Assembly: GCA_036172245.1 (NCBI GenBank)
Contig: JAYWIR010000069.1
Location: 248,001 to 312,000, forward strand
Source of the DNA: Raillietiella orientalis
Taxonomy: Eukaryota
Direction: 5' to 3'
DNA length: 64,000 nucleotides
Shown piece after piece: positions 24,363 through 37,150 of the stretch (positions are counted from its first letter, which is position 1; each line of letters opens with the position of its first letter). The notes beneath the pieces were generated by a model that saw nothing but the letters and a program-made list of their open reading frames with translations, searched no databases and was not told the DNA's origin. The position numbers were made by a program, and so were the translations under genes.

Positions 24363-26176
24363 TGCGGGAAATCGACGCTATGAGTGTATCACGGAAGAGG
24401 ACCGGACTCCTGGAGCGATCATCATCCCCGGGAAAGCTGTCGAAAATTGCCTGGCGCGCTCCGGGATGCGCCCACTCTTGAGGCGCTGTAGATTGGAGAG
24501 CGGCGGACCGAGGTGCGCGGCAACTCCAGATGCGGACGGTAGTCGCAGCGAGGGAGTGGTTCCTCCTTCCAGCCGGCACCTCTGGTCGCCTGCGGGGTCC
24601 ACCGGGGGAGCAGGGTATGTAAAGAACTCGTCCAGGCCACGCCCTCTCCTGAGGCCAGATAATCGGGAGAAGGGGAGTCACAGAGAGACAGAAGACCTCG
24701 ACACTGGAAGTCGATGGCCGCCGCCAGCGGCATCGGTTCCGGGAACGCCTTCCAGGCGGATACCCAACTCTTCGTTTGAAGTACGTGAGGAAGTCCTTGA
24801 AGTTATCTCATGAAGTATGTGAATCTATAAGCGTTACTCGAATTTGATTAAAATTAGAAATTTTTGTTTGCAAAACAAATGTTATCACTTTAACTATAAT
24901 TTTAGGCTGTTTTTTTAGCTCCAGAGTAGCGTACGCGGCCTCGGCGGGTGCAAAAAGGGAGCAGCTGGCTCCATCCAGTGGGGTGACTCGCTCGTGCAAG
25001 GGCAGTGGTGGTGCCGCCGGAATCCTCCTGGAGGCCATCAAGGGTGTCGAAAGTTTCCAGGAGGCGGCGAGAGAGGGGGTGCTTGCGATTTGCCCAGGAA
25101 GTGCTCTGAGAGCGCCGGGCGAGAGCACCTCCGGGGATCACAGGGAGAGCTGGCTGGGAAGCGAAAGAGCCCTCCTCCGTCCACCAGCAGCCCGAAATGG
25201 GCGCATGGACGCCATACCAAGAGGCCGCGCTTCACGGGTGACTGTCGCCTCGAGGTCAGTGTTGCCCACTGTTGCCCGAGTCAATGACGCGTCCCCTCGG
25301 CTTCCGGACCGTCCCTCCAGGATGCTAAGGCGTGCTCAAGGGGTCTCCTCCTTCCTTTCTATGCACACGCGCGCACCTCACTAGCACGGAACCCCCCTTC
25401 GCAACCATGGCGAAGAGCGCCAGGTTCTGGCCCGTCTCGGAGTCTCTTCTCGGAGAAACTTTGTCCTGGTCCCTCCTCCCGGGAACGGCTCCTTCGGCCC
25501 GTTTCCGCCGCTCTCGTTCCCTAGGGCTCCTCCGGGCACGTTCCGTAAGCGGACATGCAACGCTCGAGGGAAGCATTCCCGGACATTACCCGGTCATCCC
25601 GCGGTAAGCCGTCCAAAGGCCGGCCCCGCGAGGAGCAAGGAGGGTTCCTCCCACTCGCTCGGTCAGGAGTGACCGACCTTCTTTCCCGCGTGCACACCGT
25701 GACGGACGCGGGACGACAGTGAGAGGCGGCACAAGGCGAACAACTCCAGGCGATTGAAGCGCGGGTGAATTCGCAGGGCGGTCGCTCAACTTCTCCCCCG
25801 CTGCAGGTTGTGCCCAGTCGCGAGCAGCGAGTTCGCACTGCCCCACAGTGCGAACTCTCTTGACCGGAGCCCTTCCGTGCCTTTTCGAAGCGACCGCTAC
25901 CTCCCTGACAGGCGGAGCCGGGAGGGACCGGTAGGGAGAAGGAAGCGATGAGGACGAGGACCTGGATCAGAACGGGGGACTGCCGCGCATATCCGAGAAA
26001 GGTGCTCCAGCGCGGATACTGTTGTCACTCGCACCTCGGGTTGTCACATGAAAGGCTCATCCGGCACTGGTCAGCAATGTTTCACCACCTCAGGGGCACA
26101 GGTGGCTCAGCTGATCTCATACTGATGTTCCGCACTTCTCCAGAGAAGGTCCCAATCGATTCCATCGGAAAGAACG

Positions 26177-26337
26177 CCTCTTGGTAACGGTTGCCATGAT
26201 ACTCATTCCAGCAAGCTGTTGCAAGGTGCCTCTTGGCAACGGCTTCCACCATTTTTGTTTCACTCCAGCAAGCGGTTGCGAGGTGCCTCTTGGCAGCGGT
26301 TTCTTAACATCCTCACTTCAACAAGAGGCTGCTGAAA
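26177..26337 (+). repeat. Tandem repeat, 3 units of ~52-57 bp
   Basis: CCTCTTGGYARCGG....TCAYTYCARCAAG...TGC repeated three times. Confidence 0.8.
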
Positions 26338-26339
26338 TG

Positions 26340-26410
26340 AGTCACCTCGAGGTCTGAGGAGCCACCAAACCGCGAAAGAGTCCAAGAAGGCGCCCCATGA
26401 CTACGGCTGC
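26340..26410 (+). repeat. ~75-bp degenerate repeat family, locus 3 (1 unit)
   Basis: CACCTCGAGGTCTGAGGAGCCACCAAACCGCGAAAGAGTCCAAGAAGGCGCC; GAGTCCAAGAAGGCGCC is identical to ~22684-22700. Confidence 0.7.
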
Positions 26411-29400
26411 TAAGATACCTCACCGGCTGTTGAGCCCGGACGTGGTGCCACTTCCCTCAGGGAAAGACGGGAAGAAGGCACTGTTTGGGATCACTGGGGT
26501 TTCCCCCTCCGAGGGAGGTGCGCCATAGGGGAAAAGCCCGGCAACGGCAGCTGGCACCGAAAAGGCTCCCGTGGCCTCCACGGAAGAGTCTCTCAGGAGG
26601 CATCTGGTCGTCACCCGGAAGGCACCAGCACCCTCAAGGTGGGCGCGGCCGGAGCGCGGCCGAGAAAGGCATGCCTCCTGGGTCGACAAGGGTGCCTCAT
26701 AGGATGTCACGAGAACCATCTCCCTTCCTGCAGTGCTCCATCCGTCCGGAATCCGTCCGGATCCGTCCGCCAAGTGAGTCTCCTGGATGACGTGCGGGCC
26801 CAGGTTCCGAGACTCTCCTGGAAGTGCTCGGATGAAAGCGGGAGGAGTTGCCGCGACCTCTAATTCACGCCTCGAGAACACGTGGGCCGAAGCAGGGCGC
26901 AGTGGGAGCGCGTGCGTCTGGGGGAGGGATCCACGCTACGGAGAGCTGGCGGAAGCCCGAAAGAGGAAGTTCATCGTCGCCCTGCTTTCGGTTCATGAGT
27001 TGCGCCTGTTTACCAAGGAGAAACTTGCAGCCAACTCTAGACCGGAGTCCTCTTGTCCCGAACGGAGGAAGAGCGAAGCTCCAAGGATGTGGCCGGTGCT
27101 GCTTGGGGAACGCGTGCCGAAGAAGTTTAGCCTCCACCGGACCCTCCGCCTCTTGGAAACAGTTGCTAAGATACCAGGAGGCAACTCGCAGCCGTCTGCA
27201 GAAATGAAATAAGGATGTAGGGATCCATTGCCGAAAGACACGTCGCGAACCGTTTGCTGAAGTGAAACAAGGACTTGGAAACCGTTTCCAAGGGGAATAT
27301 CGCAATTTCTTGCGAAGGTGAACATCTTAGCAGCGGCGGGAAGGTGGAATCTCCGAGGCGCGGGGTTGCTCAGAGAAGAGGTCGGGGTCAATCCCGCGGT
27401 CTCTGGGAGCATCATGCAGGGATGGGTCCTCGTCTGCTTTTCGGCGGTTTCCCGAGAGCCCTCCGGACCTCCACTCTTCCAGCCCCGACTCGCGTCGCCC
27501 GGGAAACCTTGCCCCCATTCGAGGACGCTCACCCAGCGACCGCAAGGGGACTGCTGCACCCGACCTTCGCCCGCCACCTTGGAAGGGCGCGGCGAGCGCG
27601 AGTGACATTCCGGGTGACCTCATCGTCGATCTTCCTTCCTCTGGGGATGGACGGCGTGCGTGACCCCAGCGTCTTGCGTCGCTGGTACGGGGGAGGGGGC
27701 TTCCGACGCGCGCATCCATAGGAACCTCCGCCGAGCGTCTCGATGGCTGACGAACCGAGTGCGTCCGGAGTTGCGCGGAGAGGGAGAGACAGGGGAAGGG
27801 AAGGGGTGAAGAAGGAAGCAAGTGATCCACCCCAGGTCCACCGCAGGGCATCCCACCAGTCGGAGACCCGAATGCGTGGAAGTTTTTCGGGTCTGTCTGC
27901 CTCTGCAACCTTTGCCCGCCTCCGAGGTCTCCCGTCCCGACGGGGGGCAGCTGGAAGCCCCGCGAGGTCGCAAGCACGACGACGCAGGCGATGCAGACGC
28001 CATGTCCGCTTCCAGGGTGAGCCCTGGCGAAGGTCATTCTTAGGGCAGCAACCCGGGACCGGGAAAGGGGAGTCGTCGCCTGGAGCTGAAGGCGAGCGTG
28101 TCCCTGGGGAACGAAGCGGAGCCCCGGTGGATCCCGAAAACCGGTCGGAAGGGACCGTGGCCGTCCTGGGTAACGCAGCATCCGCACTTCCGTTTCGGCA
28201 GGCCTGAAAGCAGCGGTTCGGTCGGGTCGGCGTCCCTCCTGTAGAAAACGGGGGTTCCTACATCCGGGTTTCTCCCTGTACCTCTGAACCAGGGAGAACA
28301 CGCAGCGATGATTCCTCCGTCATTTGCCCTCCGACCGTCGCTCCCAGCCTCCGCATTCCGGTTCCCAAGGAAACCGCGACCCTACTACCTCCTACTCCCA
28401 CTGCAACCGTCTCGCTCGCCATCCAAAGCGCCTCCTTGCTGTTGCTCGCCGAGCAGAGGGAGGCACAATCCTTCCGGAGGTCACAGCCGCTCTGCGACAG
28501 ACCGGGGAAACTCCCAAAGCCCCAGAGGAACATTTCCGGAAGAGGGGAGGGGCAGGGGCGCGCGCCTGCTGCTCCTGTCGGTGACGCAGAGGCGCGCGAC
28601 CGCAAGGGTGAGCACGGGAGAAACGCCATACGTGCTGAGCGAGCAGACGGCTTCGGGGCACGTACGGTAGCGACGCGCGCGCAGCACACCTCGCAAGCGT
28701 GCGATGGGCAAGCGCACGAAAAGTTGCACGCTCGAGCCAAAGCACCTGAGGGCACGTTGCGCTCGCGCTTGGCCCGCACATACGTATCCAAACAACAGCA
28801 GGTCTAAGAGGACGACGAAACCAACGCGCGCGCGCATGCGCCGCCCGTGGCGAGGAACGAGGAGGTGAGGGAACCTGACGCCATGTCACCTTCCTGGTGC
28901 TCGAGTCGAGGAGGAGAGAGGGACACCACCGCCGACGCCCTTCCGCCACGTCCCCGGCTCGGCCGGCGACCGCTGCTCCCGTTGAGCGCCGGGCAGGTCG
29001 TTGCGCTGTCCAATCTGCGCGGGAAGATCGCGAGCGGCGCCGCCACGCATGCGCACCCACTACCACCAACAGCAGCAGAATTCCCCCCTCACACAGCCGT
29101 GCGCTTGCAGTCCGCAGCAGCGAAGGGACTGCACCTTCGAGGCCGACTGCTGAGTTGGCCCGAGTCCCGTACGCACCTCGTGAGCCGGCGGGAAGCGGCC
29201 GAGGAGCCTCAGCTCCCGGTGCCGAGCACCAGCTCGAAAGAAGCTGCACGCGATCTCAGAGGAGAATCTCGTCGTGTCCACGGGCGACTCAGACGCGGCT
29301 TCGCCTCGCGCGCGGACAGCGACTCTCGATGCCCATTTTCGGAGAGCGTCCAGCGGCATCGGGGTCAGGCAGCCACCCCAGCCACCAGCCCCGCTTGATC

Positions 29401-29681
29401 CCGATGAGATAGGAAAGAAGCACGGGTTGCGCGCGCGTTGAGCCGCAGGGAGAGCGCAATATCAGGTCAGCAGGCTGTCTGGTAAGACGAGTCGTTCAAG
29501 CAGCCTCCACGCGAAGGGCAGGGAGTCACGGCATGCATTGCTCACCATAGGGGAACGGAACACGAAATCCCAGAGAAGGAATGCCTGCGGCACACGTAGA
29601 CCAGGTAAAGAGGTCGTGATGCCTCTGAGAAGGGGGCGGTAGATAAATAATGAAGCAGGGCAGGCACACCAGCACGGCCGG

Positions 29682-29919
29682 TCGAGGTCCCGTCCCCACC
29701 CGGGCCACCCCATTTGCCGACATAAAGCACCCCCCCGGGAGCAGGCAGGAATTCCGCTGCAAACGGAACGCCCCAAATATAAATTTGAAAATCGCAACGG
29801 AAACTTCGGGTTTCGAGACGCCGCTCGCGCGCTCTCCGAAAATGGAGCCGAACAACAATGCTCGCGCTCTCCGAAAATGGCGCCGGGCAACAATGCCTTC
29901 TGCGTCGCCCGTGGTTACG
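29682..29919 (+). repeat. ~200-240-bp direct repeat, copy 1, with GCTCTCCGAAAATGG motifs
   Basis: Strong collinear similarity with 31549-31753, e.g. AAATTTGAAAATYGCAACGGAAAYTTCGGGTTTCSAGACGCCGC. Confidence 0.85.
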
Positions 29920-30234
29920 ACGAGGTTCTCCGCTGCGACCCACTCCGCATGCAGAAGTACTAAGGGGGACATCATTCCCCTGGGGCGCTCAGGGACAGCA
30001 GCTGATTGCATGGGAAGCCCCAGCGAGCGCACCTCAAGGAGGGCAGCAAGCAGGACGGCTCGTGGGGAAAATTCGTGGGGGCGCCTCGATCCTCGCTCAC
30101 ACCGTCGACACCGCAGAAAGCGCACGCAGTCCCTGGCAACGGATGGCTTTCCGTGAAATGCGTCGGGTCCCTCTTCTTCTCCCCCTTCCCTCCCTCCTCT
30201 ACCTCCTTCCTGCAGCACGGAGCCGACACATATG

Positions 30235-30425
30235 TTTTTGTCATTTGCATGGGTTATCGCGTCTAATTAAACATCGATGAAAGGCTGATGGAGGGACGCG
30301 GCACCAGTCGCCTCTGCGCCAGCTGACGCCGGTATGATCTCGTACGATCATTCTCGGCTTTATTTATCGGAGTGATTTAATTATTCCTCCGGGCGAGGAG
30401 CTGGCTCTCCCCTCGAGATGATTCG
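30235..30425. promoter_or_regulatory. Candidate downstream Dbx enhancer core
   Basis: Octamer ATTTGCAT, TAATTA twice, TGATTTAAT and TTATTTATC clustered in an AT-rich patch. Function is inferred. Confidence 0.35.
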
Positions 30426-31548
30426 ACGGAAACGTTGCGCAGCCTTTTCCGGGCGCGCGAGGCGAAGGAGCAATAACTTGAGCCGGCGCGCTCATGCTGG
30501 CTCCCTTGCTGCCGGCACGGGAAGCAGCTGGCGCGACGCTGCAGCAGCGGCGACAACACCTCATTCGGTTTCCATCTTCCTTCTCTCTCCTCGAGCAGGG
30601 AGGGCACGGGAGACGGAAGGAAGGGATTCCTTTTGACAACGTAGCATGGCTTTCCCGGAGCGTTGCGAGGGAGCGTCAGGTTGCGTCTCTTTTCCCAGAC
30701 CCGGAATCCCTCCCTTCCGGGACGGAGGTTCGGGGTACGCGCGCTCCCTCCTGCCTTCGGGAGTTCGACCCCTTTCAAGAGAAAGCGTTTGGATCAAGGG
30801 ACGTGGCGAAGGCAGGAGAGGACGGTGTACAGCGCACCAGCCACGCGTCCCCTCGTGGGAGTGGAGGGACCACCCAGTGGAGGATGCAGCAAGGCAAGAG
30901 TCGTCTTCGACAGCCCGCTCGCGTGCTCAGCTGCCGTCAGGTGCCACGCCCCCTCCCGGAGGCCGTCTCAACGGCGGCCGTTCGCGCTCAGCCGCCATGG
31001 GTGTCGTTTCCCAGTCGACCAGAGACACCACGGCTGCCCCGCCGTGATAACGAGGGGTCCGATGGCTGCGAACAGGCGCAGCGAATCCCAGAACGTATTC
31101 TTCCCGTTCCTCTTTCTGCATTGGTTCGGGATGCATCCAGTCTTTTGCTCCTGGAAGTGTAAAGAACTGCTGCTGCTCCCGTGGACTCCTGAGGCGGCTC
31201 GCTCGAATCTTCGCACTTTCGCAGCCACCTCCGTGAGGGATGCCAGTCGCCTTGGTAACGACGAAGGGAGGAGGGCTCTTTGAAAGCTAACCGAGGTGGG
31301 AACTGGCGGCCATCCCAATCTGGGTACAAAACAGCTGCCGAAGAAGCAGCATCTTTCAGCAGGCCGCGGAATAAGAGAAATAGGGAGAGCATCAATCCCC
31401 ACAGGAGATGCGGACGAGGAGGGTGTGGAAGTATTCCGTTTGTGAGGAAGTTCCTCTCTCATTCGGTGGAAATCTCCCGGAAGGTTTGGAAGGACGAAAG
31501 CGTATCCGGGATCGCGGCACACGGCACCCAGCTGGATAGTCGTCACGA

Positions 31549-31753
31549 TCGAGGTTCCGTCCCCATCCGGGCATTCCCGGTGCCCCCCCCCCCTTGCCGA
31601 CCTAAAGCAAACCTCCGAGGGCGGGCGTTTGAAATTTGAAAATTGCAACGGAAATTTCGGGTTTCCAGACGCCGCGCGCGCTCTCCGAAAATGGCGCCGA
31701 GCATTGTTGCCCGCGCGCGACGCAATGCCGCTTTTGCGTCGCCCGTGGATACG
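31549..31753 (+). repeat. ~200-240-bp direct repeat, copy 2
   Basis: See copy 1 at 29682-29919. Confidence 0.85.
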
Positions 31754-34700
31754 GGCCAACGCTGAACATCCGACAGCGCACAGTGGAAGGAGCAGATCGC
31801 TCCGGATTTCGTTCTGCAGCCACAACGCGAGGAAGGAGGCGGGAAGGAAGGAGGGAAGGGTTCGTCAACCGGTTACGCAGGGGCTCTCATCGAATAACAT
31901 TAAGCAGGCAGCAGGAATGTTATCGGCAGGATTCAAAGTCCTACCATGTCCGCATCCACCCAGAGAACATGCCGAGGCACGGGTGAGGTCCGGACTCGGA
32001 AACCAAGGGGACGGGGTGAACAAAATGAAAGTAAATAAATGCAAATGCCCAACTTGACTTGAGAGGGTTGGGGAAGGGATCACCGTTCGCTGCAGTGCGT
32101 CCTCTGCATTCTTTGAAGGATGCCTGGCAAGTTCCATCTCAAATGAGGGCCTGAGGAAGATCCCTCAGGAAGAGTTTGATCGAGTGGATGGAGTCCCTGC
32201 CGTGACGGACTCTTCTGACGGCACTTCAGACCGTCGTTATCCCGCGCAGGCATCAGACTACTGCTAATGGACGCGGCTGGCTGCATTGCAACTCGCAAGA
32301 GGAGGAGGAGTTCGAGGACTTAGCTGGGGTTGTCCATCGGGATCCGGAGGATGGTGATTCCAACACGTTCCCAAAGGGGCCGGAGGGGCAGCACAGTCTT
32401 GAAGCAAAACCGGGAGGGTTTTCTCTTTCCCTACACCTGTCACAGCTGGGGCTCATATTCTCCCTGGTCCAACGGTGCAGGCGCGCTTGAAATGGAGGTC
32501 CCCAATGCAAGATCAGAGACACCGACTACTTCCACTCGAGTGGAGGAGAGATGGAACCGTTCGCCATTGTCGCTGGCAGCTGTGGAAGTTCTGGAGAAAT
32601 GTCCAGAAGCTGTACCCAGAAAAGCACTTGGTGTCCCAAGATCCGTCCAGTCGACGAGTGGACCATCCTCCAAGAGGTATCATCTCTCCTGCGATGCTGA
32701 AGGTGTTTTCTGTCCCTTAAGGATGGTAGCGCTGCGGCTAGGGCGTCGATGAAGCTCATGCGGCCTTGGGGATGTTGAGGATCTCCTGCAATGACTGACG
32801 AGTGTGCCCTCCGGTTTCCGACTCCCGTGACCAGAGAGAAGCATGTCGCCGCAGACCTCTTAACGCTTCTCCGACTTGTCACCGAAAGCGGACCACAACT
32901 CCCGAGGTCATCGAAAGCCAAGTGGTCCGTTGCTAGGCGCTTCTCAGAATACGAACAGGCAGGAGCAAATTGGCCTCGGGAGACATCGGCTGGAAAATTC
33001 GACCGCGGCCTAAACTCGGAGAGGAGAACTTCTACCTTGCTGGCGCAGGGCGCATGAGGAGATGGTTCGTCGCCTGGAAAAAGACGCGGATTTTTGCATT
33101 TCAGAGCCACTCCTGCACAATCCAGGTGGTCCTGGGGAGGTTAGCCCCCCAGGAATCTGCTTCTAGCATGGGAGCTCACCTAAGCCAGAAAACCTCAGCA
33201 AACGCGCCCGAGACCACAAAGAAGAGGGTTCGGGATGAATCCCTTGAGACAACGTCACCGCCAAACACTAGGTGTTTGTTCCATTTCCCCAAGCTGCGCT
33301 CACAGGAATGATGCGGAGATACAAACCCGTTATGTAGTCCTGTAGGTGCCTTGAAGATACTCTTGTACTCAACTCCAAGCTTGTCAATTCCGTTAAGCGC
33401 GCTTTCCTGGGCCAAACAAAACGTGGGAAACGTAACAGCAGGCTAAGGTTGCATAGCATCGATGTTCGTTTGGTTCAGCAAATTAGTCTCCAGAAGGAAT
33501 TGAAACTGTGCAGTTGCATCGCACGTCCCAAATCTTTTCATTTGATCGCTTCTGCTTTTTACTCATTCAGAAAACACAAGCAGCTCTTTGTAATGCGCAG
33601 TTTTTCCTCCGTTGCTGACTTCGATTCAGTGTCATCTAGCGGATGGTTTTCGTAGCTAAGCGTGGTAGTCGTTTTCGCGATTCTGCTTGGTGCGATGCTT
33701 TAACGCAGGTCAGTCCAGCCTCCATGTGGAGCACCACGGGCACTTGTGGACCACTTTGCACTCAGACCGAGAACCCCTACTCTGTCGTATTTCCCAGTTT
33801 CGGCCTGGAGGACCGTCTGCAGTTGGGCCAAGCACGGCTGCAGGATTCTAGCTTCCGAGAATTCTGCGAAGTGATGCTGGCTTTTAGAATTTAGAGTTTT
33901 TTTTTTTTTTTGCCGCTCTTCCTTGCGCCACACCACCTTATCCGACTGTGGATACCGCAACTGTCCTGGGAAACTGGAAAAGCAGGTCCTCGAATTCATC
34001 ATGGAACCGCGCGTTGACTCGAAGGCTGCCATTGGAACATCATTTGTTCTCTTACGTGCGATAGGAAGCATCCATAGCTCCAAGGATAATCTTCAGGATT
34101 GATTGCTCGCCATGTTTTGATGATGAGGATCCATACCTACGGAATATTCACCCCCGAAACTCCGGGATTTCCACCTACGGTTTGTACGCGAGCGATCTGT
34201 CAAGATTCCCACGCCGAAAGAGAATTCTGATTCAGCAAAAGAAGAAGAACGCGAAGGAGAATTTTTCCTCCTGAATAACAAATAGGGGGGAAAACAAAAC
34301 AAAACAAAACAAAACAGAAACGATTCCTTTCCGGAACGAATGCGAGATATATCGAAACGGAATGCGTTCTTCGGGGGTGTTTTTCCCGTTTAACGCGAGA
34401 CCAATAATTGGAAGAGAAGAAAATAACGGACAGAAAGCATGGCGCCAGAATGGTACTGGGCCGCGATTGAGTTTCCCCCTCCAGCGAAATCCTTCCCGGG
34501 ACGACCACTGAGCGTGCTCTGGGATGGAGAAGTCCAGATGAGAGACGTTCGCGCTCGTCTTCAGGGAAGAGGAGGTAGCAGGACATAGCAGCCTCTCTGC
34601 ACCTGTGCCCACGGCATGATCAGGGGCTGAGGTGGCGAGAAAGGAAAAAAAAATCCGGACGCTGTGGAACTCGCAGTGGTGGAGCAGGGGAACTGGAGAT

Positions 34701-37117
34701 CGGTTCTCCCGTGTTCCCCGGAGAAGATGAAGGTGAGGATCCCATGGCTCCGGGAGCATTCCAGGAGGTCGGGGTAACACCTGAGCACCGAGCAGCTACG
34801 CAGGCTTCGGGTGTGCGTCTGTCGGCGGCTGCTGGAGGAGTCTTGGAGACACCGGGAGCACTTGGCAACCGAGTATCTATGTATAGCACCCCAACAATGC
34901 CGCGCCTCAACAATGCCGCGCGCTCGCGGCCTCGAAGTACTCGCCGACGCGGTCTGCGTGCAGTGGCCATGGCGACGAGGTGCGCGCTGTGCGAGTATCC
35001 CGGCTTCTCTTCAGAGCCAAAATGGTTTCAAGTTCACAATGCACTCCACGGCCCATTACACGGGCCCCATCACGCGGTTTTGGAAGTGTGGCCACCCTGA
35101 AACCCCGCCGGAAGCAAGCAAAGACCCTCCCGAACGGGCCTTTGCGGTGCGAATCTGCATTTGACCTCTCCTTTGGCACAGGGTGCATATTATGGGGCCG
35201 CGTGCTGGAGAGGCCAGAGAAGAGCTCGCAGGATGCCTCCAGGATGAGCAGGTCTTCCTGTCCCCCTTTTATTCTCCCCTGCTTCCCGTCAGAAAAAGGG
35301 CTTCTGAATTCGAACTAGTGTCTCCCCCCCCCTCTCCCACTGCACCACGAGTCTCCATCTGTAAACACACTTCCTTGAGAGAGATTCCCCGATTCCTGCT
35401 ACGGTAAGTGGGCTACTCATCACTCTTGGGACGGCAAGGAGAAGTGCTACCTGAAGTGAAAGAGCTCGGCCTAACTGGCGCGAGATCGAGAGAGAACTCC
35501 ACGGCTTCCGCGTGCCAGATGGCGAGCCGCTACTTCTCGTTCCTGAAGTTCTCCGCCTTCCCGCTAGAGGGACGGCAGTCGCCACGCAGCAGGGCGTTTC
35601 GCGCCCCAGCGGCAGGGATGGCGACGAAACTGAGGCGAACGGTCCCCGACCGGGTCAACCGTCCCGAGCAGCGGAGAGGAAAGTGAAACGCCGCTGGACT
35701 CTCTCTGACCTCTCTCGACCCGCACATCTGTGCGCAGGACGGCATGGGGATGCGGATAGCAGTGAGAGATGGCGCTTTTTCCTGCACTGCGGGCCATTCC
35801 ATGCCACGAAAGGTGGTGCCACGTGAGGCGTGGAGTCCGATCCCCTCGAGCTGTGTCGGAATCCCTTCCGCGCCTGCCGTTGGACTGCTCCTCCTGCTCC
35901 ATCTTGGACGGCACCGAGACCCTCCACCCCGACACAGCACGCTCAGCGCCTCAGGCTGTGCGGCGTTCCCTCCCGCCTGAGGTGCGGTCTTTCGCCAGCA
36001 CGGCGGCGACTCCCAGCTCGGGAGCGGATACCCCCGCGGCGTAGCCACACCAGCAAAGGAGGGAGGGGCCATTCTTGTGGCCGCATCCGTCCATTGTCCC
36101 ATCTGAAGTACGATTCAAGAAAGGACGTCGTCCGCCTTCCACTCGGGCTGTCGAAGAAACGGGTGACCGTGCCTCGTTTCTCTCCTTCATGCATTTCTTC
36201 TATTTATTGTCCCCCCTCTTTATTATTCTGGCACGCATCTTCAGCCGATCTGTGAGCACCCCCTGCTTCTCTTCCCTCTATCCTTCAAGGAGAGAGAGAG
36301 AAAAAAAATGGACTCCTGTAAGGACGCTATCCTCCCTCTTCGACCGCCGTTCGAATCGTCACCTCCAAGAGGATTAGCTCGACGATCGTTTCCCGACCGG
36401 AATCAGTCGCCAAAGTTACTTTCCCTCTTATTTATTTATCTGCTTCTTTTCATTCCTCTTCCCTCCACCTTCAGGGATCTTGTTCCAGCTTCAGGTGGCC
36501 TGAGTGGAGGGGGTGAGCCTCCCCGCCAGGTGGCAGCTCTTCGCGAAACCAACACCTCCTTGACGTCACTCCCTGCGACACCGAACTCGCATGAGATCCA
36601 CGCTTTAGCACCATCTCGTGTCCCGGCATCGAACTGTCTTTCTCAGCCGCTATCCACCCTTCCTCGTGGAGAGGCCTTTCCGGAGGAGGAGTCCCTTCCA
36701 GGGCGAGCACGCCCGTGGCCAGGGAAACCCTGGCGCCCCACCCCCAGGAAGAACAGGAAAAGAGAAGGAGGACTTACGGGCAGAACGGGGCCAGGAAACG
36801 AAGTGATGCAGGCGGGGGATGGCGATGGGAGAGAGGAGCAGAGATCACGGGAGACGGGCTCATCCACGCGTGACCGCGCCAACCCGCACAGCAACCCTTC
36901 CTCGAGGAGCTCCAGCGAAAACGGCCGCGCGCGTGCTCGCTCGGGGCTCTGCGCGCGCATGCGTGCGCAGAGACCTCGGTTCAAGCAAGCCAGCCATCGC
37001 CGGCGTGGCTCCCAGTTCCACGCAGGCGCTGCACTTTCGCCCCGTCTTGGAATGTAATGTAATGCAACGTGTGTGCATTGTTCGCGCATTCTTGCAGGAT
37101 GCGTGTCCCGCGACCTT

Positions 37118-37150
37118 CTGCTGAACGCATGCGCCGCATGCGTTCAGCAG
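37118..37150. repeat. Perfect 16-bp inverted repeat with 1-nt spacer
   Basis: CTGCTGAACGCATGCG-C-CGCATGCGTTCAGCAG. Confidence 0.95.

Noticed and set aside
25948..26187. RKVLQ..HSHLG..RHW resembling a retroelement integrase zinc-binding region
   Set aside because: Too short and degenerate; no CxxC or DDE core follows.
31990..33460. Coding-like minus-strand region with splice-like signals
   Set aside because: No consistent open exon chain or recognisable protein; stops occur in every frame tried.
34711..35100. CALC...H...H as a C2H2 zinc finger
   Set aside because: Single, wrong spacing (14 residues), no linker or gene context; likely chance.
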